Shown piece after piece: positions 27,403-43,339 of a stretch of 64,000 bases of DNA. Under the pieces are notes generated by a model, which had not been told where the DNA came from, did no database searches, and saw only the letters and a list, made by a program, of their open reading frames with translations. The DNA is taken from contig NC_043013.1 of the NCBI RefSeq assembly GCF_006345805.1, positions 24,366,001 through 24,430,000 on the forward strand, read 5' to 3'. The stretch's first letter is position 1; every line of letters begins with the position of its first letter. The stretch is from Octopus sinensis. Lineage: Eukaryota. The position numbers and the translations under genes are program-made.

Positions 27403-30399
27403 AATCCTTAAAAATGTTTTAGCCCGAAGGCCGCGGCCATGCTGGGGCACCACCGCTGAATGAGCCACACTAGTTTGTGAATCCACCTCTGATACGTGCA
27501 CTTGATCAACAGGGAGTTCGATGCTGCTGCCCGCATCCGCGTCTCCTGTCGTGAGGTAGGTTCATCTGGGACTTCCAACAAGAAGAGATCCAGTTTAGTT
27601 TTAAAGAAACCCACATCCACACCATGTAAGTCTCTCAGGCATTTAGGGAGGATGTTGAAAAGCTGTGGTCCTCTGAAACCCAAGCTGTTGCAGTATCTGG
27701 ACCTGTATTTTGATGGTGATGTTGGAATCCTTGGCACCACGCAGCGGCGCCCCGTTCTGCGGTTGGAGTAACTTTGAATGCCAAGTTTGGGATAAGACCC
27801 TCCAGGATTTTCCAGATGTATATTACTGCATATCTCTCCCTCTCCGCCTCCGCTCCAGGGAGAAGAGGTTTAATACCTTCAGTCTTTCCAGTAGCTGACA
27901 TTTTGCATTGAGACGATTTTCTTTGTGTAGCTTCTCTGAGTTGCTTCGAGTTCTGCTGTTTGTTTTATATTGTGTGGTGACCAAAGTTGGGAGCAGTAGT
28001 CCAAGCGGCTGAGGACAAATGTTTTCCATAGGACCATCAGTGTCTCCTTCTCTCTTGTTCTGAAAGTTCGGAGAATCCATCCAGCTAGCCGTCTGCATTT
28101 TATCACCAGATTAGCAATATGCATTTGGAAAGATGCATCATTGCTCATGTCAATGCCCAGGTCACGCACTGATTTTGACTCAGGGATTGCAATTCTTCCT
28201 GGGCCAGTGTATCCAGTCTTCACGTCATTTACCTTTGTGTGCCAGTAGCGCAGGGCCTGGAACTTACCTGCATTAAACTGCATGTTGTTGTCCTCAGCCC
28301 ACCTGTATATTGTGTCCAGCTCATGTTGCAGATGCGCAATATTTTCAGGGTTCTGTATTGCGTGGGAGACCTTTGTGTCATCTGCATAGCTAGCAAGGGT
28401 GGTCATCGTAGCAACTGAAGGCATGTCTGAAAGGGCCACTATGAACATCAGTGGCCCCAAGACAGTGCCCTGTGGGACACCGCTTGTTATTTGCGTTTCC
28501 CTGGAGGTGGCTCCATTGCTCACAACTGCCTGTTTTCTGTCTTTTAGGAAGTTGTGCAGCCACTCTCCAAGTTTCCCGCCTATGCCGAGACCACGCAGTT
28601 TATGACAGATCATACCATGGTCGACTTTATCAAAGGCTTTTGCAAAGTCAAGATATATTACATCCACATTTGAGCCATTTAGTAGCTGTTTCAACACCCA
28701 GATCATAGTGCTGCAGGAGCTGTGTTAGGCAGCCTCTACCTGGTCGAAATCCATGCTGGGTGTCAGACAGTAAGTCATTTTCTTCAAGGAACATGATTAG
28801 TTTCTTACGGACTATTCGTTCCATGACTTTGCTGATGTGTGAGGTCAGAGAGATAGGCCTATAATTTTTAGCATCTGCTCTGCTACCTCCCTTATGGATA
28901 GGGCATATTACCCCCTCTTTCAGTTTGACTGGGAGCTTACCACTTGCAAGAAAGCTCTGAAAAAGAAGCTGTAGCGGTTTTGCAAGGGCTCGTTTGCACG
29001 ATTTGAGAAGGATCGCTGGGAATCCATCAGGTCCAGCAGCTGAGTTTGTGTCAATCTCATCAATGGCTAGTGTGATATCATCTTCTTCGATGTTGATGTA
29101 CTCAATTTTTGTCTCTTTGGCCGCTGGTAAAGTGGCAAAGAATTCTTCTGGGTTGTTTACTTGCCTGTGTCCTAGAGGTGTAGTGAACACACTTTGGAAC
29201 TGTTCGTTCAGTATTTCACTTATCCTCGTGGGATTTCCTGTGAGAGAGCCATCTTTTTGGAAGAGAGGTCCTATTCTCTGGTGCACTGTGGCTGTCTCTT
29301 TGGCAAACTTAAAGAAAGCTTTAGGGTTTGATTTTATATTTTCTATTACCCAAGCTTCTTTATCTGCTCTCTCCTTTTCATGGGACTGATGTAGACTTTT
29401 CTCAGTTTCCATTAGCATTCTTTCGAGCCGAGACTTCTCACCACTTTTGGTGTGCTTGCTCAGGCGGTTTGCAATCCTTGTCCGTCGTCTCATAAGAATC
29501 CTCCTTTCTCTAGAGGGCCCTGCACATTGGGACATATTTGTCACATATGGCTTGTATTATGGACATGAAGTGTTTGTGTTTCATGTTTATGTCCGGTGTG
29601 GAGAGACATTCAGGCCAATCCTGTTTGAGGATCTCTTTCTCAATCGACTTCCAGTTGGCTTTATGAAAGTTTAAGTTGGAGAGATGGTGGGTGCTTCGTA
29701 TAGGCTGTGTGTCTGCGGGGGCTTTTGTTCCATACATAGACAGCTCTATTATGTTGTGATCCGAGATCATTGTCGGCATCACATAACATTATGGATAATA
29801 TCCATATTGTTTGTAAAGCAGAGATCCAGTATATTATCTGCCCTTGTTGGTTGCAGAACTATTTGCTCCATGAAAGAGGTATTTGTGAGATGGAGCAGGG
29901 ACTCCACCTGTGCCTGCTGATGGTGTGTCATCCCTGGGAGCATCTGCCCCCAGGCCATTCCACATTGGGGAGGTTAAAGTCACCCATGAAGAATACACTG
30001 TTGTGCTGTTCAAGGTTGGTGAGGACTTCTCCTATTTTTGTTAGGCAGTCTTCAAACATGCCTGAGTGTTTTGGGGCGTCTGGTGGCGATATGTAGTGCA
30101 TATGACGATATTCAGTTGTCTTATGTGTACAATTTGAGTTTCACATACTGAGTTTGAATATGACAGCAGGACCTGGGGCGTGAGGTCATCTCGGATGTAC
30201 ATTGCAACTCCACCATGGCTCCTCCCTTTTCTATCTGTGCGTATGACTGCATATTGCGGCATGTGTGTATTTCTGCATCACCTATATCGGGTTCAAGATG
30301 CGTTTCTGTGAGTGCCATGCATATAGCTTGATTGCATGTCACAAGGTCTCTCAGGAATGAAATTTTCTTTTTACAGTTTCCACGCAGCAGCCCTCCTAC
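27403..30399 (-). mobile_element. CR1/Jockey-superfamily LINE: near-complete ORF2 (APE endonuclease + RT) with frameshifts, no ORF1
   Basis: LTETHL, HGGVAMY, MGDFNLP and SDHNII (APE). AAGPDG, NYRPISLTSHISKVME, QHGFRPGR, YLDFAKAFDKV, GVPQGTVLGP, YADDTK, RDLGI and SRLDYCSQLWSP (RT). Embedded between TA arrays. Confidence 0.95.
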
Positions 30400-30940
30400 A
30401 TATATGTATATATATATATGTATATATATAATATGTATATATATATATATGTATATATTATATATGTGTGTATATATATATATGTATATATAATATATAT
30501 ATGTGTATATATTATATTATGTATATATATATGTATGTGTATATATATATATATATGTGTATATATATATGTATATGTATGTGTATATATATGTATATGT
30601 ATGTGTATATATATATATGTGTGTATATATATATGTATATGTATGTGTATATATATGTATATATATATATATGTATGTGTATATATATATATATGTGTAT
30701 ATATATATATATATAAAAATATATATATATATGTGTGTGTGTATATATATATATTATGTATATATATATGTATGTGTATATATATATATATATGTGTATA
30801 TATATATATATATAAAAATATATATATTATGTGTGTGTGTATATATATATATGTATGTATATATATATGTATGTGTATATATATATATGTATATATATAT
30901 ATGTATATATATATATATGTGTATATTATATGTATATATA

Positions 30941-30982
<42 letters not shown>
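30400..30982. repeat. (TA)n/(TG)n array
   Basis: Direct reading. Confidence 0.95.
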
Positions 30983-30987
<5 letters not shown>

Positions 30988-31329
30988 CTGATATTGTGTT
31001 ATAGCGGTGAATTTGTATGGATCAAATCGAAATGTTTTAGTCAGTTTACTTTGCACAAATTGAAAAATATAATGGACTATAATGGATATAACTAAAGAGA
31101 GACAACGACATGAATTTAGATAAGCTGTTCTGAATAATGAACTCAGAAGTTTTCCAATGAATTGGAATCTTCCTTGGAATGAAATTTGAAATTTAGTAAA
31201 AAATGTTAGCGAGTGTCAAAGTAAGCGGAAATAATTTCAATTCAAATTCACTTGAGATATTCCTCATTATTTTTTGATTATACTGACCAAAAATTATTCG
31301 TCACTTTTCAGTAAATTATTGTTGTTATG

Positions 31330-32242
31330 AAACGGCTCCTATTCCTGGACGACCACATCCCGCCATTAATGACGACACCGTCCACAAGGTTGAAGCCACC
31401 GTCTTGGAGGGTCACTGCATAACTTATTCGGTAAACTAGCCCAAGAAGTAGGGTCCATGAAAAAAATCATTCACGACCATTTGCACATGCGGAAGTTGTC
31501 TGCACGATGGATTCCCCGGGCGCCCACACCTTTTCAGAAGCAGGAACGAGTCAATTGTTTCCAGGCTCTTTTGGCAATGTGCTAAGAAAAGGAGGAGGAC
31601 TTTTTCGGGAGACTTACACCAGATGAAACATCACTATGACCCTGAGACTAAAGTCCAGTCGAAACAATGGAAGCATGCACCACCTCGTGTCCAACCCTCA
31701 GCAGGCAAGGTGATGCTCACAGTCTTTTGGGACCAGCGCGGAGTAATGATGATGGATTTTCTGAAAAAGGGAACCACAATTAGCGGGGCATATTGTTCTT
31801 CGCTGCTGCAGAAATTGCAGGACGTTGTCAAAGCAGAGAGACGCGGCATGCTGACCAAAGGAGTTCGCCTCCTCCAAGACGACGCCCAGTTCACAATGCG
31901 CATGTTTCCCAGATGAAAGCGCACTCCTGTGGCTATGAAATCCTTCCTCCCCTCTTACTCTCCTGACCTTGCACCATCTGACTGCTGCCTCTTTCCTACC
32001 ATGAAGGCTTTTTTGAAATGGAAGCACTTTTCGGATGATGATGAACTTATTTCCAAAGTAAAGTCTTGGCTCCAGACACAACCTTCTACAGATGAGGTCT
32101 TCACAGCTGCATAAAGTGATGGGAAAAGTGTGTCACCATTGGTGGTGACTATGTAGAGAAGGAATAATGATTATCTCGAGTTTCGTTTATCCCATTCCGT
32201 GGGAAGTAGGTCAGGGGAAATATTTAATGACCACCCCCCTCG
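31330..32242 (+). mobile_element. Mariner transposon remnant (5' truncated)
   Basis: HYDPETKVQSKQWKH, SAGKVMLTVFWD, YSPDLAPSD..LFP; right end CCCCCTCG|TA. Confidence 0.88.
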
Positions 32243-32381
32243 TACATGAATTCTGAATTCCTTTTGTCTCGGTACAGTTGCAAGCTGTCTTTCCACTCTT
32301 GTTAGTCACTCCGTGCTTTATGTTTCGCCGGTCTGTTCCACAACCCTCCTAAAATTCTTTACTTTCTTCCACATCTGGGAG

Positions 32382-32434
<53 letters not shown>

Positions 32435-32435
<1 letters not shown>

Positions 32436-32690
32436 TCTGAGTGAGAGAGCAGCGCATACCATCAAAGTGACACTAGGGTACAAATACACGAAACCCAAAA
32501 TACCCATCATAACTACCCGTCTGATAAGAGTACACCAGGCACGTGCATCACAACCATATGTGCACAACATGGCGATCTTGTATCAAGATAAACAGCGCAC
32601 GATCTTGCAGGTGGGGCTAAGAATTTTCTTAAGGTTGAGTAGCTTATACCGCTCAGAAGTCCATGTGGTTAGCTGAAGGGGAGGAGGATG
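32435..32690. repeat. Interspersed repeat next to (ATT)n; second copy at ~36340-36650
   Basis: Shared GGGTACAAATA..CGAA.CCC...CTACCCGTCTGATAA..GTACACC block in both copies. Confidence 0.7.
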
Positions 32691-33175
32691 AGAAGGATCA
32701 GAGGGATGGAAGAGTTGAGAGGAATGGGAGGGGGGAGGCGATAAGGGAAGGAAAGGGGGAGGAAGGGGTAGTGGCGAGTAAAATGAGTAATTTTTTAAAC
32801 TAAGATTTTTCCTACATTATTTAGCCCGTCTGCAACGCTTTTACGTGATTAGTTGGAGGGAAAGGCGAAGAGCGAAAGAAAAGGGAGAGAAAAAGAGTAA
32901 GGCAAAGAGTGAGAGAGAAAGGAGAGTGCTGTATATTAAGTCTATAAAATTCTGCATAAAGTATATAAAGTGCATTAAGTAATCATCGTATTCCAAATTC
33001 TTTCACTTTTCAATAATTAGCAGATGAGCAACTCTCTTTTCATACAGACACAACACAGGTTACGCTTTCAGGGTTTTTTGGATAAAGTTTTCAGAAATAA
33101 GTTTACCATTAATTCCGTGAAATATTCACGGGTCCTGCTAGTTATCATCATCATCATCATTATCATCATCATTAT

Positions 33176-34380
33176 ATGAAAACTCACAGCTTATTTTGCT
33201 GAGTATGATGGAAAGTGTCAGTTGTCCATAGCAAGCAGACTAAGGTGACACTTGTTTACTGGTCATGCTTCAAGAATCCTCCGAAGAATTCTTGCAGTTC
33301 CAAGCAATGCTGATTTTTGTAGGTGTTCTATCTTTACATTTGTACCAATCTTTTTGAGCCACACTGGTAGTGGAGTGTTGATACTTCCACGCGTGTCCGT
33401 TACTCTTGTTATTCTGACCACGCTCTTGTCCACAACCTTCATATTTCCAACTTGAAATCGTCATAGCTGTTCAGTTCTTCTTTGTCTTTGATCCGGTTGT
33501 CACCGGGACATGCTATGTCGATTATCACGCATGTTCCTTATTATTTCAACACAACAATGTCCGGTTCCCTATGTCTGGTCAGACGATCGCACTGGATCAT
33601 TACATCCCACAAGATTTTGCAGTTCTCATTTTTGGTGACTCTTCCTAGGGATTTTTCGTACTTCGTCTTTGCTCTTTGTAGACCTTGATTTCCACGGAGC
33701 TCCCAATGGATCATTTTTACCACATTGTCATGGCGTCGTTTGTAATCGCGTTGTGCAATTTCGGGCATTCGCTAACGATCTGCCATATCGTTTCACCCCC
33801 CTCACTACACATTCTGCATTTGTCACTATCGATAGTGTTATAAATTCTGCACTTCAAATAATTGGCTCTTAACGCCTGTTCCTGAGCTGCGCATATGCAT
33901 ATGAGTGCTTCTGTCTCTATCTTCAGGTCAATCCTCCTCATCCATAGCCACCGGTCCTCTATATCTGTCTTGGCGTTCATATCTCTTGCAGACTGACCGT
34001 ACATTTTTCCTTCCATACTTTTTCTTTTGTTTTTTACTTGTTTAAATTTTTCTTTAGTTACACAATTTTGTGTTTTGATGACGCCGACCTTCTTCGTGTG
34101 CTTCAACAGTGGCTCCACGGCATTTTTTATATACCACCCTAGGCTGTTTTCCTCTGCTTCGATACCATCCTAGCAACTGATCACACTTCTCCCACCCTTT
34201 CCTCTGGACAAGTACAGCCTATCGGTGTCACTCTTAGGGCGGAAGGTTCCGCGTACTGTCAACATTTTTCTTGTCTTGGTATCCATTTTCTTCATTTCTC
34301 TCTTTTGCCATTTTATAATTCCCGCTCCATACCGAAGTGATGCTATCGCCCACGTATTAACTGCCTAGATTTTATTCAAT
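33176..34380 (-). mobile_element. R4/Dong-clade 3' fragment
   Basis: ETEALIC..AAQEQAL, CRMC..ETIWQIVSEC, RRHDNV, ILWDVMIQCD, REPDIVV; bounded by (GAT)n and (AAT)n. Confidence 0.88.
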
Positions 34381-34382
34381 CC

Positions 34383-34426
<44 letters not shown>

Positions 34427-34451
34427 TATTATTATTATTATTATTATTCAG

Positions 34452-34750
34452 TAGTTTTATTTTTTATAGCGTGCTTTCACTTCACTACCGAGCGCAGCTC
34501 TGTGTGCCTTGGGTATGTGCTGTGATTTGTTGTGATGTTCTGATGGTTATTGTATGGAAAGTGTTTTGCGTAGGATGTGTGCAGTGCATAGTAGTGCAAT
34601 TTTCTGTATGTTATATGTGTTTGTAAGTCCTGGTGTTTTTGTTATGTATTTGTCTGAATATTTTTTTATCATGCCTAATGCACCTACTATGATAGGAATT
34701 GTTTCTGTTTTTAGATTCCACATTCTGGTTACCTCCATTTCCAGGTCTTT

Positions 34751-34751
<1 letters not shown>
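34452..34751 (-). mobile_element. Second R4/Dong-clade extreme 3' end inside an (AAT)n array
   Basis: EVTRMWNLKTETIPIIVGALG...IQKIALLCTAHILRKTLS; (ATT)n on both sides (34383-34450, 34752-34805). Confidence 0.85.
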
Positions 34752-34790
<39 letters not shown>

Positions 34791-36286
34791 TATTATTATT
34801 ATTATACAGTTATAATTTAATGGTAAACTATACACCACGTAATACTAAAGCATGTTTATAGTTGTCTCTTGCAAACATAGATCAGATTTCTCCCTAAGCA
34901 CGAAAATAAATTAAGACGGTAGTACTTAATTGGTACATCTATGTGAATGAAGTTACCTTTCTGTAACTGGTCGAGATGCGGTGAATAGGAATCCGATGTT
35001 ATATCGTTTCCGTTAGAATATCTGGGCGAGCAGTTTACTTCAATGGAGTAAACGATGTCTTTTCCAACTGTAGTAATGAGTGCTTTGCAAATCCCATTAA
35101 AATACCATAAGCTCGTTCTAATAAGGAAATACTATTCTCTTTCTTTTCCCGTCTTTGCCTTTCTCTGTCTGTCTGTCTGTCGGTCTCTCTCTAATGCATC
35201 GATTAATGAAAGAGGATATTTCAAAGAGCGTGCGCTTGCACACACACAAACACACACAAACACACACAAACACACGCACACAAACACACGCACACAAACA
35301 AACACACACACACGTACACACACATACACACACACAAACATAGATACCTTAGTTAAGAACGAACGTTAAGTAAGATGGTTGCTATATGCTGTTTCTAGTA
35401 GCACAATGGAATCGTCGGGGTAGTTGGTACGTCAACCAATAAAGATCGGTGAGTGAAAACTGGTGATGGATGATTTATGATGAAGTGTTATGGTCTTAAC
35501 CAAAGGATTACGATTCGATTTATATATGCTCTTAATTTTAGGTTTCGATTGTTTACTTAAGTAGTTATGAAACACTGGACCATATATAGATATTCGAGGT
35601 TGGTTTGTGTTGTGTGTGTATTAAAGCTATGCACGAAACTAATTTTCTCTGGAAGACTACCATATGGAAAAGATTAATACACATTTGAACATTCCGTTTG
35701 AAGATATGTTTCTTTATTAGCCACACAGGGCTGCCAAGATAGACATCATTATAGCTGGCAGTATATTAGAAACTATGATTAAAGTAGGCAGTTTGTATTC
35801 ATTTGAAGATTTCTCATGTGTTAATAACTATTTAAACCCATCAAAATATTTTCACTCCAACGCCCAACTGATATTCACTGTCGGAATATTTCTACGTCAT
35901 TATTAGGCAACACCATTTAATTAATTATAAATTAACAAGAATCAAACTATATAACATTGTAAATAGGTTGATTGTTAACCAGAATGTGGATCGCTAGGAA
36001 AATATTCGGATCTTTTCGGTTTGAACGGCAGTTTTTTCTAGCGGTGTCATATGAAATTGTCACCCATAATTATGACCCTAGTATCGATCTATTACATTTC
36101 AATCTATTTTAGGCTTAGGGGTGGGGGAAGGGTATATTTTTTTCTTCACAAATGTAAATAAACCCAATCTGTGTACTTGATACCGGATCACAACCAGTTT
36201 CATTAGATACTGAAAACTTTTCTTACAATCCTTGCTGTTCCCAGTAGAGCAGATTTCTAAATCAATGCAACTCTTGAGTTACATCA

Positions 36287-36341
<55 letters not shown>

Positions 36342-36699
36342 GGGGTACAAATATACGAAGCCCATTATACTCATCATGACTACCCGTCTGATAAAGGTAC
36401 ACCCAGCACATGCATCACAGCCATATGTGCGCGGCATGGTGAACAGCGCACGACTTTGCAGTTGGGACTCAGAATTTTCTTCAGGTTGAGTAGCCTGTCC
36501 CGTTCAAAAAGTCCCTGAATAATGTTTGTTTTCCAGAGGTGAATCATTCAAACCCCAAAGAATTCCTCTTTTATACCAAGACAAAGCAATGTACATGATA
36601 ATACTTCCAGCCAGTTAAGATTAAAAGCCAAGAGAGCCACTCTCGATATTGTTGCCTATTTCACATCTCCTATCTTCACATTCTTTTACTAAGAATTCT

Positions 36700-38850
<2,151 letters not shown>

Positions 38851-39176
38851 AAATCGCTGCATTTTACTCATGGGAATGTCATACATACATACGCATATGC
38901 ATATAGACATACATCTCTCTTTGAAGGCTACATCGATGCATTCCAAATAAGCTACCCTCTGGACACGAATATGGTTAGAAAAATACAAAAGAAAGAGTAC
39001 ATCTATGGACCACAGGAAATCCGAGGACGAATTAAATTAAGCCGGTGTGTGTAGAAATAAAGCCTTACGGCAGGGATACAAGATTTTACAGGCACAGAGA
39101 GGAATATAGATGTTGCACAGACGACAGCCGAACCAAGAAAGAAAGATCAGGCTTGGCCGAAAACCGGTCACGTAGG

Positions 39177-39224
<48 letters not shown>

Positions 39225-39264
39225 GGACAGAAGAATTAAGGAGGGGCGAGAAAAATACATATGT

Positions 39265-39675
<411 letters not shown>

Positions 39676-41673
39676 TAAAATTACACGCACAAACGCACTC
39701 ACAGACACGCACATGAATGATGAAGCTAAAAGTCAGTTATATATGTGTGTGTGTGTGTGGGGGGGGGGGTCTGTGTGCGAGCGCGCGTTTTGTAAATGTG
39801 TGTGTGTATGCATATATACAAATACACGTATGAACACACACACACACACACCTCCCTGAATAGTGAACTAACACACTTTTTTCGTCCCTCTTTTGCAATT
39901 ACATAAAGTTTAATTCACAACTATAACATACCATAAGTCAACGGAAGAAATAGCGCAGCTCACATATGTCGTCTGCGTTCTCCATATTGTTTTGATTGAA
40001 CATTCATTCCTTTCATTCTTGCATTCATTTGTCTCACTCTTAGCCTCTGTTCTTTTATTTCCTCGCAGTAGTATATGCTTTATCATTACCTTCCACACAC
40101 CTTTCTGTTTATGCTGGCTTGTCGCCTTCCACTTCTGATACTCCTTTCACGTTCTAATTTTCTTTGTTGTTTTTTTTTTGTTTTTATACAATTATTTTTG
40201 GTTAATGATCACACACAAAACCATCGATTATTAGTCGGACACATATCGGAGATACATCTGCTTTTACGTTATGGTTTTCCTATTTTGTTGTTGTTTAGTA
40301 CCAAGAGAGTTTTGATTAAGCAGACCTATTATTAAATATTTTCCAAGTGGAACATCGAGAGGCATTAGACAAATGCCTGAAGGCAATTGCAAGCGACTCT
40401 GAAATGAGAAGAGATTATCTCAAGCACAAAGATTTCTCCCGAATTGACATACCATATTGCAAGAACCAGTATGTTTTCGTTTTTCTGAAGATAAAAGGAC
40501 AGCGGTGGACGCATGTTTCTTTCTCAGTAGGTGTCACAATCCTCTGTAGAGTCCCCTCTTTGAATGCGGTAGGGTGTGAGTAAAAGGATAATTTTCTGCT
40601 ATTTCTAGCAAGTCAAACGACCTTGTAGAAGTTCTCTCATTGGTTCACCAATATTTTACTGCATAGCTTTATATCGTCCATAGTCAAATATACTTATATT
40701 AAAAGCATTTCACAGACCAGAACTATGCCCTTCGCATTTTTTCAAGACGGAAGGATGTGATTTGAAGGACATTTAACTGTTATTTCTGAAGGTCGAGTGA
40801 ACTTGTTATTTGGTGGTGAATGCTGAAAGGCAAGAGTAAGTTTCCAATAACGAGCTTTTAAATGCGTTGTCTTTATGTTTTTTATGACCTAATCAGAGGC
40901 GGAAAGACAACGGCCATGACCTTCTCTAGAGCCTTCAAAACCCGGAGAAAAAATGATGGCTATTCTCTGAGCCCGAATAAATATAACAACAGAATAGATT
41001 CCGCTTGTATTTGTGTCCACTGTAAAAGTGAGAAAACATTAGTTTCCTTTAACAATAAAACCTCAGGTTCCTTGTTTAAGTAAGAAATTATTGGCAATCT
41101 CCTTAGAATAGATTTCAACTCTGGAGAACGGAAGTTTTTTTCCTGATGTCGGATATCAGACTAATCTGCTTCAATTGCGAGAGTAGCGCCATTAAACCGA
41201 GCGATGGATTAAAACTGTTATTCAAGAACAGTCTAACAGGAATCTACACAGCTTCTAATTTCACTGCCAAGATTTTAGTCGTCTTGGGGGTATAGTACAT
41301 GACACTGGCCCAAGATGCCAATTAGTGCAATTAAAGCTGAAACTCCGTTATTGTGAAAGGAATTCCTTAATCAAACAACCGTCCCTGGTTAGTATAATAC
41401 GCTTAGTTTACATATACCGCTGATACACTAGCGGAATGCAGTGAAAGGAAGTCATTAATGTTTTTTCCACTAAAAATCTTCTGTGCACGTACTTTGCGAA
41501 GGAAACATTGACCAATTCGGGGCTACAGAATCAGAAGAGACTTCGTAATCGAAACAGAAAGGACCTGTTTGCGAAGTAAACTTCTTAACCCCATATCGTC
41601 CCGTATATTTTGTTTTGTAAATAGATATTATTGTTCTGAGTCAGTGAGAGCAGAATTATTTCACGTAGATCGA

Positions 41674-41720
<47 letters not shown>

Positions 41721-42033
41721 AAGATAATTTGAACGCAAGGTATTGTTGGTTACTTCGTTATTGACTGAAATTATTCTTCATAATTGACAAATTCTTGCGA
41801 TGTCGATTGACTCACTTTCGTTTCGGAAAAATTGTGAACATGTTTTTTTTTCTTGGTTTCCCGCCAAAAGCAAAGTTTATGTTTCTGTCTGTGATGTTAT
41901 GATAAATAATTTGTTTTGGCAAAGTCGTTATCATATCACTAGCTGGTTTCTTAAGTGGTTACTTAATGGTTATACAATAGTCAAATTATTTACTAGACGT
42001 GTTTACACACATAACTATACATGTGCATATATG

Positions 42034-42082
<49 letters not shown>

Positions 42083-42811
42083 CATGTATATATATGTTTC
42101 CATAAATACATACACATTTGAGTCTCTGTGTTTATTTCTATATGTGTGTGTGTGTGTTTAAATGAAAAGGCATATGGAATGAATTGATTCAAAGTTATAG
42201 TTTTCCCCATAATTGAGTGTAAATTGACTTTCTGTCAAATGTAAGGGCGTGTGATGTTAATTTTTTCAACCTGATTGTCTACGATAAATTGATGATAGTG
42301 TGATGAGCATGTGAAATAGTTTGATATGATTTTCTTTACATGCGAAGATATTTCTGCATAAAACGCTAATATTTTGCTTGTTTTGTAATTTTTCTCCGTA
42401 AAGAAATTGCACAGACAATTTTTGTTAATAAGTATTGTGTTTTATAAGGGCTGAATTTAATTAAACTAATCATTAACTTAAATCGTATTAACAACATTAA
42501 GTGAATGCTATATTTTATTTTTTAGGTGCACCAACAATAATGGACACGAACAGGAACCACATATCTGCTATGAAGTTGTTTTAATGGGCGCTACCATGAA
42601 ACTTCCTTCATAAGAGGAACACTCGTTTCTTGCTGATGTAAACAGTTGTGGCAATGATAGCATGAAGTGTCAACGTAGTCCAGGTAGAGAAAAATGATTT
42701 CGGCAATGAATTATAACAAAAAGAATTTTGATTAAACGCTTAAAATATGCAGATTTAATTTCCCTGAAATTGGCTTTGGATGTCTGAATGATTTACAGAT
42801 AACACATATCT

Positions 42812-43339
42812 ATGGCCGAGTTCAAAAGGATTATATGCTTCATTTTTCTTCTAATTACGCGAGTGGCGCTGGCGTCTTTAAGGCGCGATTTGCGAATTTT
42901 GGCTCGAATTCTTCCCGGAGAGTATAGCAACCTAAAACAGTACCACAATGACGCTTATTTGTCAAATGCTGTGCCCACGCGAGAACGACATATCTTCTTT
43001 TGGTCACGCTATACACCGATTAAACTGCCATCTTTGGACGAGGATACCACAAACTTTTATGTGGAACATTTTATGGACAAATCAATTAAACCATCTCAGC
43101 AAAAGATATACAGTTTCCTTCTTGATCCAGTTCAAAATTCTGTCCGAATGGAAGTTTATAAATTGGAAGGGATTGGTGACATCCGTAATTCACGTGCGGC
43201 AAGATTTCAGTTGCACAACATGACCAGCGCGGAACTCTATTCCAACAGAGAATGTGACATGTTTTGGAGACGATTAGGAATGCGAACTTTTGCGGCTGCT
43301 ACTGGACCACAGTGTGTTGCAAATATGAAAGGAGAAAAG
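42812..43339 (+). CDS. First coding exon (176 codons) of a predicted secreted CpcT/CpeT-family (T-type bilin lyase-like) beta-barrel protein; C-terminus in downstream exon(s)
   Basis: Clean non-repetitive ORF. Signal-peptide-like MAEFKRIICFIFLLITRVALA. Colinear CpcT/CpeT motifs: LRILARILPGEYSNLKQ (cf. L..LA..L.G.FSN..Q), RHIF, FYVEH..KPSQQKIY (cf. YxEQ...PYRQRVY), RMEVYKL, ECDMFWRR, and a second Cys (PQC). Phase-0 donor AAG|GTAAGG at 43339/43340. Acceptors at 42525 and 42798. Confidence 0.82.
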
